Origin: a phage
Sequence record: OZ335960.1
DNA length: 64,000 bases
Strand: one strand, 5' to 3'
Position numbers and translations under genes: made by a program. Below are positions 1-9,722 of the stretch, piece by piece (the first letter of the stretch is position 1; each line of letters opens with the position of its first letter). Below the pieces are notes generated by a model. That model saw only the letters and a program-made list of their open reading frames with translations. It was not told the DNA's origin and made no database searches.

Positions 1-395
1 TAAGTTGCAATAATCATTGCTTCTTCGCGGGTCCAATAATTACTATATTGGTCAATAAACCCTTGGTCATCATCACAAACTTGTTGAGTAACTAATTGAG
101 GTTTAACTACATCTAAAACTTCTGCCATATCTTTAGAATAATGACGAGCACCTGGAATAACAAGATTTCGACCATCTTTTAATTTAAAACGGTTGGCGGC
201 ACAAACAATTCGTCGTTGATACTTTTGGTTTTCGTCCCAATACGCAGTCTGCCAACAGATTTCAGGAACTTCTTTCAGAATATCTTCTTCTGTGCATTTA
301 TAACCATGTGCTTTAAATTTTTCAACAAGACTTTCTGGAGTTTCACGAGATAAAGGAACATTCAGCATTTTTAAACGATTAATAAATGGGTTCAT
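1..395 (-). CDS. hypothetical protein, N-terminal 131 codons only (gene runs off window start)
   Basis: ATG at 395-393 overlapping stop of upstream ORF (ATGA); open frame to position 1; begins [21 protein letters not shown]; absent from ORF track because no stop in window. Confidence 0.45.
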   Translation of the reverse strand, partial: MNPFINRLKMLNVPLSRETPESLVEKFKAHGYKCTEEDILKEVPEICWQTAYWDENQKYQRRIVCAANRFKLKDGRNLVIPGARHYSKDMAEVLDVVKPQLVTQQVCDDDQGFIDQYSNYWTREEAMIIAT

Positions 396-721
396 TTAAG
401 CCATCCTTTAATACGCTGCCACAAAGTTTTCTGTTGAGCTTTGTTAATACCAATTGAGCGAATAACTGGTTGAGATTCCTGGAATTCTTTATAATCAGCA
501 AGGTAAATTTCGTAAGCTGCATCCGTAAATGAACTTATCGCCGCCATAAAATTATTGCGAATACCTACTGGAGCATCTTTACTTTCACGAATAATCATGT
601 ATTTACCAGTCTTAATCTTTACGATAGTTCCAAGATAAGCTCCATGGTACCAGATGTCCCACCCCTCTTGAGTGGGTTCTGCACAACGACGAAGTTCATT
701 GATAATTTCTAACTTGTTCAT
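392..721 (-). CDS. hypothetical early protein, 109 aa
   Basis: Six-frame ORF, translationally coupled to neighbours; no domain recognised. Confidence 0.5.
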   Translation of the reverse strand: MNKLEIINELRRCAEPTQEGWDIWYHGAYLGTIVKIKTGKYMIIRESKDAPVGIRNNFMAAISSFTDAAYEIYLADYKEFQESQPVIRSIGINKAQQKTLWQRIKGWLK

Positions 722-731
722 TATTTATTCC

Positions 732-1367
732 TCACAGTTCAGATGCTACGGTGATTACTGCTTCAATGTTTTCTGCCGAGCGTTTAATGTCAAGATACAC
801 ATTACCGTTTTTAGCGATTTTACATGACATTCCGATATCAGTAAATTTCTGAATATAGTGTTCCATCATTTTGTATCCAAAAATTCGCATATTTCCGTTG
901 TTGTTAATTTCAAAATTGCGAATTCCGTGAGTACGTTTTTCTAAAATAGCAAGATAGTTACTGCGGTAAGTTTCAACCTTTTTAAGAACAAATCCATTTT
1001 CATCTAAAAGTTTTAACATGAAGTCTTTATCTTCTTCCATATCGGAAGTAATCTCACGAGCTTTACGAGTTGCTCGTTTTTTCAGTAGTTCAGGAGCATT
1101 TTCCTGTGCGTATAAAGTTGCCGCATTTGAAATAATATCCTGAGCTTCACCAGTAATGATTAATCCATCACCGGATTTCTCCACCAGGCCTTTTTTAATC
1201 AATACCCCAATATTACTATTAACTACTGCATTACCTAAATCTGGATGCACCTCACGAACTTCTGCAGCTGTAATGAAATCTTTCTTAGCAATGGTAATTA
1301 AAATTGCAGCAGTTTTTTCATTCAGAACATCGTTAGAAGCTTTGATGATGTAAGTTACTTTAGACAT
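732..1367 (-). CDS. motA: MotA, activator of middle transcription
   Basis: 211 aa, the length of T4 MotA; position next to gene 52; early promoter and SD upstream. Confidence 0.8.
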   Translation of the reverse strand: MSKVTYIIKASNDVLNEKTAAILITIAKKDFITAAEVREVHPDLGNAVVNSNIGVLIKKGLVEKSGDGLIITGEAQDIISNAATLYAQENAPELLKKRATRKAREITSDMEEDKDFMLKLLDENGFVLKKVETYRSNYLAILEKRTHGIRNFEINNNGNMRIFGYKMMEHYIQKFTDIGMSCKIAKNGNVYLDIKRSAENIEAVITVASEL

Positions 1368-1399
1368 TTTCTAATCTCCGTAATTCTGTATCAGTAGTT

Positions 1400-1440
1400 G
1401 ATAGTTGTATAGTACCACAGTATGCTTTGGTTGTAAACCG
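1400..1440 (-). promoter_or_regulatory. T4-type early promoter (-35 GTTTACA, -10 TACTAT) upstream of motA
   Basis: Member of conserved ~45-bp repeat; -35 rc at 1432-1438, -10 rc at 1406-1413. Confidence 0.55.
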
Positions 1441-1461
1441 TTTTGTGAAAAAATTTTTGAA

Positions 1462-1489
1462 ATAAAAAAGGGAGAGCCTCAGCTCTCCC
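1462..1489 (-). terminator. intrinsic terminator hairpin
   Basis: GGGAGAGC/GCTCTCCC stem followed by U-run on minus strand, downstream of gene 52 unit. Confidence 0.6.
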
Positions 1490-1494
1490 TAAAA

Positions 1495-1644
1495 TTACTG
1501 CATGACTGTGATAACTGTCATGATAACACGTTGAATTCCGAACGCAAGAAGACCTCCTGCTACGGCAGGAACAACACCTAAACCCGCCAGTAAAATGCTA
1601 CCAGATACTAATGCAGCGCTTGTAATACCAATGAATGGACTCAT
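1495..1644 (-). CDS. small hydrophobic protein, 49 aa
   Basis: ATG overlaps gene 52 stop (ATGA); MSPFIGITSAALVSGSILLAGLGVV...; ends just before terminator. Confidence 0.35.
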   Translation of the reverse strand: MSPFIGITSAALVSGSILLAGLGVVPAVAGGLLAFGIQRVIMTVITVMQ

Positions 1645-2969
1645 TTGATTTCCTCTAAATCTTTGGTGTATTCTGTAACTACATCAGTAGTTTTCCAATA
1701 TTCGTTTTCTTCTTTCTTAGCTTTAGCTTCTTCGGCAAGTTTCTTTGCTTCGTCGGAAGTCATATGAAAAATATTCATTCCGACTAGTTTATCAACATAA
1801 GAAGAATACATATCAATTTTAGAAAGTTCTTCGGTCAGTTCTTTGCGAGTTTTACCTTGCACAACAATTTCACCTGAAATTACTTTCTTAATGAAATGTG
1901 CCTTGGCAAAAGCTAAACGAAATGCTGATTCAGTTTCTTTGATTTTGTTATCAATTCGTTTTTGGACATAAGTTTTACGAACTTCAACGAAGTCTTTGAT
2001 TAAATCAACTACATTATCGTAAACTTGCAGCTTTCCTTTCTCATTAATAACGGTGATATTCTGGGAACGACGCTCAATCAACCCAAAGTCTTTCATGATT
2101 TTTGCGTGGCGTTCTTCTTCGTTATCGCTCAAAGAATATTCTTTGCGGAATTTAACTTTGAAGCCAAAACCATGCTCACCACAAGCATCATCCCACGTAA
2201 TGAAGCCTTTATCTTCAAGCGGGTCTAAGATTTTACTCACATAAGTTTCACGATCATACTTATACGGAATCTCAGTGATATGCATTTGAGTTCGTGAAGT
2301 AAACTTGTATGTTCCACGAATTTCATATTGACCGTCAATTTCAACGACTTCACCACGAAATTCTGGGAATTCTACCTTCGGTTTAGTTACTTTCTTTCCT
2401 TGAAGAGCTTGCAATACAGCTTTCTTGACAGAAGAAACACTATGAGGAAGAATGTAAGTTGCATAACCAGTTGCAATACCGGAAACACCATTAAGAAGAA
2501 CAGTAGGAATAATAGGCAAATAGAAAGCAGGCGGAATGTGTTCTTTATCTTGATGTACCGGAGCATATTCAGTATCTTTATATACACTATAGAAATTTTT
2601 ACTTACACGAGCAAAAATATAACGACTTGCCGCTGCTTTTTGAACGGTACGAGAACCAAAGTTTCCTTGACCATCTAACAAAGGAAAGTTATTATTCCAA
2701 GTATTAGCCATCAAAGCACCTGCGTCTTGCGCAGAGTTTTCACCATGATGATATCCAAGGTCTGCTACACCACCTGCAATAGAAGCGAGTTTGTGAAACT
2801 TATCTTTATTTCCTCGTGCCAAATCAAGAGCTCGAGCAATAACAAATCGTTGAACTGGCTTAAATCCATCAATCATATTTGGGATAGCACGATTTTCAAC
2901 CGTGTACATAGCATAAGCCAATGCTTCATTATCAATGATACTTTTTAAATCGCGATTATTCAGTTGCAT
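1641..2969 (-). CDS. 52: DNA topoisomerase II medium subunit gp52
   Basis: 442 aa as in T4 gp52; GyrA-like N-terminal motif AIPNMIDGFKPVQR. Confidence 0.9.
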   Translation of the reverse strand: MQLNNRDLKSIIDNEALAYAMYTVENRAIPNMIDGFKPVQRFVIARALDLARGNKDKFHKLASIAGGVADLGYHHGENSAQDAGALMANTWNNNFPLLDGQGNFGSRTVQKAAASRYIFARVSKNFYSVYKDTEYAPVHQDKEHIPPAFYLPIIPTVLLNGVSGIATGYATYILPHSVSSVKKAVLQALQGKKVTKPKVEFPEFRGEVVEIDGQYEIRGTYKFTSRTQMHITEIPYKYDRETYVSKILDPLEDKGFITWDDACGEHGFGFKVKFRKEYSLSDNEEERHAKIMKDFGLIERRSQNITVINEKGKLQVYDNVVDLIKDFVEVRKTYVQKRIDNKIKETESAFRLAFAKAHFIKKVISGEIVVQGKTRKELTEELSKIDMYSSYVDKLVGMNIFHMTSDEAKKLAEEAKAKKEENEYWKTTDVVTEYTKDLEEIK

Positions 2970-3106
2970 AAATTTACCATACTAGTGAATGTAGTGCCAT
3001 AATAACATCAGAAATGAAAAGCACGACTTGAATTAATCCGAACATTACTCCATAATATAGTGCTACCAATAAAGTAGCAAGGGCTAATGAATAGCCCAAG
3101 ATTTTC

Positions 3107-3265
3107 TTAATCATTAGTAGATAACAACACAAATGTTAAATATGCACACATACCCTGGGCTAAAGCTTGTGAAAACACACTGCTAGCATCAATACAGATA
3201 GTTAAAACACATGCTACTATCCAACAAACAAATGAAATAACTCCTAATAATTTTGCGATATTCAT
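3107..3265 (-). CDS. small membrane protein, Ac-like paralog (52 aa)
   Basis: Internal ATG of track ORF 3107..3295 with SD GAGGAG; hydrophobic; shares ...SVF.QA.AQG motif with adjacent ac. Confidence 0.5.
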   Translation of the reverse strand: MNIAKLLGVISFVCWIVACVLTICIDASSVFSQALAQGMCAYLTFVLLSTND

Positions 3266-3275
3266 AATATTCTCC

Positions 3276-3431
3276 TCAACTATTTTTAGAACCAATGTAC
3301 GCGAATAATGATAAAATCGCTAATACGCCCTGAGCTGATGCTTGCAAAAATACTGAAGTTTCTCCAGTTATTACTGTTCCGATGCATAAAAAGAACCAAC
3401 AGAAAAAGGCTATACCGTGAACAAATTTCAT
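3276..3431 (-). CDS. ac: small membrane protein Ac (acridine sensitivity), 51 aa
   Basis: Hand-translated MKFVHGIAFFCWFFLCIGTVITGETSVFLQASAQG...; 51 aa and position directly downstream of stp as in T4. Confidence 0.5.
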   Translation of the reverse strand: MKFVHGIAFFCWFFLCIGTVITGETSVFLQASAQGVLAILSLFAYIGSKNS

Positions 3432-3438
3432 ATTTTCC

Positions 3439-3519
3439 TCACTGGCGTCCGAAGACGCCTTTGGTTTTAAGATTATTACGATAGAACTGCATCACGTGTT
3501 CGTTATGGAAATTACTCAT
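3439..3519 (-). CDS. stp: Stp peptide (26 aa), activator of host anticodon nuclease PrrC
   Basis: Hand translation [26 protein letters not shown] matches the T4 Stp peptide as I recall it; ATG overlaps ndd stop. Confidence 0.75.
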
Positions 3520-3974
3520 TAGTATGCCTGCAAAACAAATTTAAAGTTATCAGCCAACATACGGTTCATTTCTTCAAGCGTTTGATATTCAGAATGATGA
3601 TTACGAGTAAACGCTAAAGCTAACTGGCCTTTTCCAAATCCTGTCGTCAGAGGTTTCATCTTAGAAGCAGGTAGATAAAATACTGTATATGGAACATTAT
3701 TATTTGCAATAGTACGCGCAAGCTGAGACCGACGCTGACGAATATGACTTAGAACTGCACTGAATCCTTGCTTAGAACGCTGATTACCTACATAAAATCG
3801 TGCAGATACACACGGACTATCAAATGGACCACCAAATTTACTCACTAAAAAGTAAAATCCAGGTGTAGATAAAATGTCTTTATGTGGAGTTCCAAAAACC
3901 CATTCACCGCCCTTGATTGTACCAATAACAGTAGCACCTGCATTATTCAAATCAGTAACAGTCATGTATTTCAT
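3519..3974 (-). CDS. ndd: Ndd nucleoid disruption protein
   Basis: 151 aa as T4 Ndd; position between denB and stp. Confidence 0.75.
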
Positions 3975-4033
3975 ATTAATTTCCTCTAATTATTTTCTAC
4001 TCCAAGGCCGCATGAATACACACGGCCGATAAA

Positions 4034-4351
4034 TTAATCGTCGCAGTCGACGCTCAATTCCCAGAACTCTTCTACAGTATAAGTTTCAGTATCGTTTTCA
4101 ATACAGAAACGTTCATTACTGTTATTTGCTAAAGTAGCATTAACTGTCATTTTCTCGCTAGTGCTCTTAAGAGGTGAAATACGAATTAACTGATCACCAC
4201 TATCCAAGCAAAAAATTTCGCCAACTTTTACATCTTTAAAAATTTTCATATTCACCTCAGGGAGTATAAAATCCAAATGCAGTTGTTGACCATCCCATCC
4301 AATACGGAAAATTTGCACCAACGTAAAACATGAGAATATAAAACCAACCAC
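4034..4351 (-). CDS. hypothetical protein (ndd-denB interval); true start may be internal ATG at 4249
   Basis: Six-frame ORF 105 aa; internal MKIFKDVKVGE start has SD GAGGTG. Confidence 0.45.
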   Translation of the reverse strand: MVGFIFSCFTLVQIFRIGWDGQQLHLDFILPEVNMKIFKDVKVGEIFCLDSGDQLIRISPLKSTSEKMTVNATLANNSNERFCIENDTETYTVEEFWELSVDCDD

Positions 4352-4363
4352 TCAGCAAATTCA

Positions 4364-4561
4364 TCATTTTACACCATTCCAAATTGTTTCAACCACAGAT
4401 TTTAAGCCATTTTGATGAATGTCCATTCCGACAACTGCCATCAAATAAATTCCAACTACAACTGAACCTAAGGCAAAAATCAGCATGAAAATGAATAAAG
4501 CTGGAAAAATATTATCGAAAAACCATTCAATAAATGTAAAAGCACTACGTTTACGCTTCAT
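4364..4561 (-). CDS. small membrane protein, 65 aa
   Basis: Start MKRKRSAF with SD GAGGAAAAT; hydrophobic core. Confidence 0.5.
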   Translation of the reverse strand: MKRKRSAFTFIEWFFDNIFPALFIFMLIFALGSVVVGIYLMAVVGMDIHQNGLKSVVETIWNGVK

Positions 4562-4568
4562 ATTTTCC

Positions 4569-4682
4569 TCACATAAATCCAAAGTAAGCGTTTAATACAT
4601 CAATCATTAAAACGATTGGGAATATACTCAAAACTACTAGTATTATAACTACATTCCATATAGCTTTAACAATCTTTTTCAT
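4569..4682 (-). CDS. small membrane peptide, 37 aa
   Basis: MKKIVKAIWNVVIILVVLSIFPIV...; SD GGAGG; the longer track ORF 5' part is read-through of the early promoter repeat. Confidence 0.45.
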   Translation of the reverse strand: MKKIVKAIWNVVIILVVLSIFPIVLMIDVLNAYFGFM

Positions 4683-4702
4683 TTTCTGTTCCTCCGTAGT
4701 TG

Positions 4703-4742
4703 ATAGTTGTATAGTACCACAGAGGAACAGTCTTGTAAACAA
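4703..4742 (-). promoter_or_regulatory. T4-type early promoter
   Basis: Conserved repeat GTTTACAagactgttcctctgtggTACTATAC on minus strand. Confidence 0.55.
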
Positions 4743-4957
4743 CTTTTTTAAAAATATTCGTAATAAATGTGAATACCAATCACTACTGCCGAAACTTGCG
4801 CAACCCACCACGCACAAGCAATAAGCACAGAATTCAAAATTTTCATAATAACCTCATTACAAAAGTAAATGTTAAACAAATTAATGGAATACTAATTAAC
4901 CAAACAAAACACCACCACAATGAACTCATAGTTCAATCTCAACGATTTTCATTTTAC

Positions 4958-5176
4958 TCAATAATCTGCTAAAAGATCGACGATTGCATCACGAAGACAC
5001 TTATTCGCAATACGTTTAAGAGCAATTTCAGTTTCTGGAGCATTTTGAATAATCATTGAATTCAATTCAGCCTCAGCAAACTGAAGTTCTTTAACTAATT
5101 CAGCTTTATATTTTCCTTGCCCTTTCTTAGCTTTTGCTCGTTTTAATTCAGCTGTAGTAAACATTTTATTCTCCAA
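4958..5176 (-). CDS. hypothetical protein, 72 aa
   Basis: Six-frame ORF directly downstream of early promoter with SD GGAG. Confidence 0.55.
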   Translation of the reverse strand: MENKMFTTAELKRAKAKKGQGKYKAELVKELQFAEAELNSMIIQNAPETEIALKRIANKCLRDAIVDLLADY

Positions 5177-5189
5177 ATCCGTATCAGTT

Positions 5190-5231
5190 GATAGTTGTAT
5201 AGTACCACAGTCCTTGTGGTATGTAAACCGT
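5190..5231 (-). promoter_or_regulatory. T4-type early promoter
   Basis: -35 GTTTACA / -10 TACTAT; spacer contains CCACA..TGTGG inverted repeat. Confidence 0.55.
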
Positions 5232-5245
5232 TTTGTGAAAATTTT

Positions 5246-5803
5246 TTAAATGGAAAGATACCATCCGTTGTAGTTGCTTTTTCTTACAACCTTACGAAGG
5301 TCTTCTCTATCACCGATGAACTTCGGAGTGTACTGGATGACACCTGGGTGAATTTCTTTAGTGTTGAATATAATTATACAGTCAGCGACCTGATGATTCA
5401 GAATGGGCCCTAGATTTATTCCAGAACCATATGGATACTCTCCGCTGCATCCTGTTGTTACAGAAATCCAACGTGAGTCAGTTTGATGTGTCTTAACTTC
5501 TACACGAAGCCCGCAATATCTTGGATGCGCCAATACATCCCATGCGTATGTATACGGGTCATTAACATCCTCTTGGCCTTTGTTAACATACCCGCTTAGC
5601 CAATCTGCTACAAAAAACTCTGCGTACACCGCGATACGACATCTTTCAATAACTTCTGCTTTATCCTGATTTGGATTTTGTTTTAAAGAGTATCTTGCTG
5701 TATCAGCAATTTTGACCTTCATTTCACTAGTCAAGTCACTGTTCGATAGGGTAAATGTCGGAATCTGAAATAGTCTCTGTAAACCCGGATTCGTTTTCTG
5801 CAT
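5246..5803 (-). CDS. denB: endonuclease IV DenB
   Basis: 185 aa as T4 DenB; position next to rIIB side. Confidence 0.75.
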   Translation of the reverse strand: MQKTNPGLQRLFQIPTFTLSNSDLTSEMKVKIADTARYSLKQNPNQDKAEVIERCRIAVYAEFFVADWLSGYVNKGQEDVNDPYTYAWDVLAHPRYCGLRVEVKTHQTDSRWISVTTGCSGEYPYGSGINLGPILNHQVADCIIIFNTKEIHPGVIQYTPKFIGDREDLRKVVRKSNYNGWYLSI

Positions 5804-6065
5804 TTAGACTTTCCTTTTTACCGCTGAGATAAGCGTTATATACTTTAAGAGTGCCGTAATAAATTCGGTCATTTTCGTCTAAAGACTCACGGTCAAGTTC
5901 ATCGAGTTCCTTTTTATCCATGACTATAATATCATTGCAGTAAAGAAACCCAAGTTTTTCGTGACCAAACTCAAATTTATTGCAGTACACAATATTAGCA
6001 TGATGATTTCCGTGCAGTTTAATCTCTTTTATGTCGGAATCACCGATATTCATACAATAAATCAT
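5736..6065 (-). CDS. hypothetical protein, 109 aa
   Basis: Six-frame ORF overlapping denB start; acidic. Confidence 0.45.
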   Translation of the reverse strand: MIYCMNIGDSDIKEIKLHGNHHANIVYCNKFEFGHEKLGFLYCNDIIVMDKKELDELDRESLDENDRIYYGTLKVYNAYLSGKKESLNAENESGFTETISDSDIYPIEQ

Positions 6066-6077
6066 AATTTTTCCTTA

Positions 6078-6098
6078 AAACAAAAGGGCCGAAGCCCC
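6078..6098 (-). terminator. UUCG-loop hairpin terminator
   Basis: minus strand GGGGCUUCGGCCC followed by U-run. Confidence 0.5.
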
Positions 6099-6103
6099 TT
6101 ATT

Positions 6104-6298
6104 TTATTTGAATTGTGCAATTCTTTTTTCTAAACAATCTGCGTAAGATTTCATTGAGATGAACTGTGAAAGCAGTAATTCTTGCTCAACTTCATTAATC
6201 GTTAGAAACTTTGTGCTTTCTAAAAATTTGCTCAGTGCATTAATTTTGAGCATTAATTGATCGTATTCTTCTTTTACTCGTGCTTGATAACCTAACAT
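6104..6298 (-). CDS. hypothetical protein, 64 aa
   Basis: Six-frame ORF bracketed by two UUCG hairpins. Confidence 0.5.
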   Translation of the reverse strand: MLGYQARVKEEYDQLMLKINALSKFLESTKFLTINEVEQELLLSQFISMKSYADCLEKRIAQFK

Positions 6299-6326
6299 AA
6301 TTTTCCTTAGTTAAGGGCCGAAGCCC

Positions 6327-7265
6327 TTATTTAAATTGTTCAGTAACGTCTTCAACTACTTCGTATTGGCAGGTACGCATTTTAGCATCATTGTAATCAA
6401 TCGGAATTGATACTACATCGCGAGGATGTACTTTAACTTTTACAACTCGACTGGTTGAACTGCCAAAGTGACGAATATAAGATTTAGAACACACATGCAG
6501 ACCATGAGAACAAGTTTGTGTATCATCGTCATTCACGCGAGTACGTGGCATTTTAACTACTTTACCGGGACTGTTATCAAAAGTATTTGAATGACAGTCA
6601 AAGTAATTGCTGCGAACTACTTTCCAAGCATAGAAGTAACCATCTTCTGTAATTTCAATATCGTTTGCTACCAAGAAATCAAAGAGTCGAGATACTGCTT
6701 TTTGGCTTGGGTTTTCCAACAGATTTTCCAAGAACGGAAAATAAAATTCAAAGTTTTCACCTTTTTCCATCGAATCGAGAATACGATCAACTAAACCAGA
6801 CCGCAATTCAATATTTTGATAGAACAAGCTTCCACCTTCAATTCGAACATCACCGGAAATATATTTTTCAACAGCGCGGCGAACATTAATTTTTTGTGCC
6901 GCTTCTTCCAATTTATCTGCAACAAGCAGATTAAGAATTTCCTGGAAGTTTGAATGAGTATTAGGAGTTGCGTTATAAGTTACACCGTCAACAGTAATTG
7001 AAATGAATTTTTTAGATGCATTCCAAATAATGTCAGATTTAGCAACTGGAGCGATAGCTGTATCGCTATTAACTTTAACCGTAATATCACCACTAATAGT
7101 AACTTTAGAGCGCTCAGCTTCTTCAGCATTTTTCAAAACACGACGGATTGTGTCAACCGATACACCTTGCCAATCAGCCAATTCCTGCTGGGTGTAATTA
7201 CCACTTGAATACAGTTTGACAATTTCAGCTTGTTCGTTTTTGGTCAGGCATTTAATATTGTACAT
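6327..7265 (-). CDS. rIIB: rIIB membrane-associated protein
   Basis: 312 aa as T4 rIIB; immediately downstream of rIIA. Confidence 0.85.
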   Translation of the reverse strand: MYNIKCLTKNEQAEIVKLYSSGNYTQQELADWQGVSVDTIRRVLKNAEEAERSKVTISGDITVKVNSDTAIAPVAKSDIIWNASKKFISITVDGVTYNATPNTHSNFQEILNLLVADKLEEAAQKINVRRAVEKYISGDVRIEGGSLFYQNIELRSGLVDRILDSMEKGENFEFYFPFLENLLENPSQKAVSRLFDFLVANDIEITEDGYFYAWKVVRSNYFDCHSNTFDNSPGKVVKMPRTRVNDDDTQTCSHGLHVCSKSYIRHFGSSTSRVVKVKVHPRDVVSIPIDYNDAKMRTCQYEVVEDVTEQFK

Positions 7266-7276
7266 AATTTTCCTTA

Positions 7277-9454
7277 TTAGGCCGCAAGGGCCTTCATAGT
7301 TTTAGCGATTTGTGAAACTTCATCATCACTTAAAGAGTTGCGATAACCGATGAAGTCGGAAACAATACGGAATTTCTTAGTAAACTCAGTAACCATTTTA
7401 TCACTGTTTTTTGAAGCATTGTTTGATAATACATCAAAAAGATTAGTTACTGTCCAGATGTCATGACCGATGGTACCTTTTCCACCGTTGAAATATATAC
7501 CCTGCAATGAACTAACCATATTACCAAGGCGAGTATATTCTTCAGAAACTTCATCTACACTGAAGTACTTCATCATAAAATCTAGTTCAGGATACTTAAT
7601 AATTTTATCAATATATCGTTTAGCTGAACTTGAATAACCTACATACTTATCATAATCTACAGCATCAAAAGCATCTACATATAAATCACGTAGAGTTTCA
7701 AAAATACATTGGCATTGACCGAGTTCTTTTACCTTTTTCTGTAAAAGCGGACGAATAACATAAAATTCATTAATGCCAATAAGATTAGCCATACGAGTCA
7801 AAATACTCGTAGATGGATGACAAAGAGATGTAGTACCATCCATAGAGAAAATATCAGAACGATGCATATATGCTACATAGCCAGTAATTTCATCTGCTTC
7901 TGATGTGAGTGTAAACAGTTCCTCTTTTTCCCAGCGTCCGTCTTTAATTTCAAACTTAAATGCAGTGGCAGCTTTAGGACGAGGAGCTTTACTTTTAACT
8001 ACCTTCGGAATATAACTTTTAACTAAAGCTTCAATTTCTGACAAATAATGAATGTTAACTTCATCACTTTCAAACATTGCCATAATATCAGGGAGTAAAT
8101 CAATCTGTGATTCTACTTCCGGATTAATAAACAGAAGACGCTCATTGTGATGAATATTCAAAGTGTTATTAAATTCACTATCATCTAATGCACGTGCTAA
8201 TCCACGGACAATATTAACACGATTTTTAGTATTATCAATAACAATATTAATTTTTGTTGTATTAATACCAAACAGACGATAACTTGATGCAACGGCTGAA
8301 GTTTCATGACTTTGCTTAATGCGTTTCAGTCGAGGGTCAAGATTTACTTCATACACAACCCCTGCATTGCATAGTTTACTATCAGGTTCAAACATGCTTT
8401 GCATCTTCTTATATGACAGATTTTTAGTCGTGAATTTGACTGAATTACTAATCATATAATCTCGAGCAGAATACCCCATCTTCATCAATTCACGGTATGT
8501 ATGACGAGGAGATGTAGATTCTTTAAATCGTTTTACATCTTTATTAAATGCCTTCTCACTGAGCTCTTTAACACGCTCAATAATATTTTTACGAGTACGA
8601 TCATCTAATGAAAGAGCCTCACGCGATGGAGCAATATCAAGTGAACCCATTGGAAACTTAATGTAATTCACTTCATTGCGGATGCTTAACCAGTTACGGT
8701 CTCTAATAACACCATCAATAGGATAAACAATACCACCATAGATAGCATATAATCCACCGCGATCTGGCCAGTATCTTTCTGGATTTACACCGTAATAGTC
8801 ATCAAAATCAGGAAAATAATCAATTTCGCGGTCAAGACCATTAATGATAGCCAAATCTTTGAATGGCCGCATGATATAAGAAACTTCATAAGCAAAGTTT
8901 CTAAAGTCTTTTTCTTCAACTGGAACTACGATTTCAATACCAGTTTTATCGTTTGGACCCATTTCTTTTACGAATGTAGGTTTAATTTGCGGACCATCAC
9001 CATCCATGTAAGCTACATAACCACGAATTTCACCTTTATGATATGAAGTAATACTAAATGTATCAGTATAACTAAACGGAGATTTAGAACCTAAACCAAA
9101 TCCGCCAATGAAATCGTTAGATTCAGCCTTAGATGAACTAAAGTATGAATTATACAACCCAGGAGAATTATCATCACCTTGAATATCAAAATCACTCATA
9201 CCCGGACCAAAATCTCGACAAACAAATCGCGGATCTAATCGTCCTGGAACTTGAATGATAAATTTTTCAGGATTTCCATTGAGAGCATGGGCATCAATCA
9301 TGTTGGTAATCAATTCACGGACTACTGCGCGAATCCTGTTTGTATACAAATCAGATGACAGAATTTTAAATACTTTAGGAGATGCTGTGATGCTAAATGC
9401 TTTTGATTTAGAACCATTACCAAGAATTGTTTCTTTTTCAGTGGTGATAATCAT
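7277..9454 (-). CDS. rIIA: rIIA
   Basis: 725 aa as T4 rIIA; order rIIA-rIIB. Confidence 0.9.
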   Translation of the reverse strand: MIITTEKETILGNGSKSKAFSITASPKVFKILSSDLYTNRIRAVVRELITNMIDAHALNGNPEKFIIQVPGRLDPRFVCRDFGPGMSDFDIQGDDNSPGLYNSYFSSSKAESNDFIGGFGLGSKSPFSYTDTFSITSYHKGEIRGYVAYMDGDGPQIKPTFVKEMGPNDKTGIEIVVPVEEKDFRNFAYEVSYIMRPFKDLAIINGLDREIDYFPDFDDYYGVNPERYWPDRGGLYAIYGGIVYPIDGVIRDRNWLSIRNEVNYIKFPMGSLDIAPSREALSLDDRTRKNIIERVKELSEKAFNKDVKRFKESTSPRHTYRELMKMGYSARDYMISNSVKFTTKNLSYKKMQSMFEPDSKLCNAGVVYEVNLDPRLKRIKQSHETSAVASSYRLFGINTTKINIVIDNTKNRVNIVRGLARALDDSEFNNTLNIHHNERLLFINPEVESQIDLLPDIMAMFESDEVNIHYLSEIEALVKSYIPKVVKSKAPRPKAATAFKFEIKDGRWEKEELFTLTSEADEITGYVAYMHRSDIFSMDGTTSLCHPSTSILTRMANLIGINEFYVIRPLLQKKVKELGQCQCIFETLRDLYVDAFDAVDYDKYVGYSSSAKRYIDKIIKYPELDFMMKYFSVDEVSEEYTRLGNMVSSLQGIYFNGGKGTIGHDIWTVTNLFDVLSNNASKNSDKMVTEFTKKFRIVSDFIGYRNSLSDDEVSQIAKTMKALAA

Positions 9455-9464
9455 AATTTCCTCA

Positions 9465-9668
9465 TTAATTCATATTGCGTTTAATAACTTCAGCGACTTC
9501 TAGTAGTTCATCTTTAGTTGCAGTGTCAGATTGAATTTTATCTCTAATATCCTTAAAGCGGTTTTTAAACTCTTCGGCTTCTCCCATATCGAAAAAGCGT
9601 TGAATGATTCTATATTCTCGATGAACTGCTTTATCAAAAAGTTCTAAATTTACTTTATATGATTTCAT
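9465..9668 (-). CDS. hypothetical protein (rIIA.1 position), 67 aa
   Basis: Six-frame ORF downstream of early promoter. Confidence 0.55.
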   Translation of the reverse strand: MKSYKVNLELFDKAVHREYRIIQRFFDMGEAEEFKNRFKDIRDKIQSDTATKDELLEVAEVIKRNMN

Positions 9669-9687
9669 TTCAATATCCTCATTTGCC

Positions 9688-9721
9688 CAATTAATTATAC
9701 CACATCCTTGTGGTAAAGTAA
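9688..9721 (-). promoter_or_regulatory. early promoter (-35 GTTTAC, 18 nt, -10 TATAAT)
   Basis: Minus strand GTTTACtttaccacaaggatgtggTATAAT. Confidence 0.6.
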
Positions 9722-9722
9722 A

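Noticed and set aside
7279-7293. Hairpin at the rIIA/rIIB junction as a terminator
   Set aside because: It lies inside the last codons of rIIA with rIIB starting 12 nt downstream; more likely coding sequence or a coupling element
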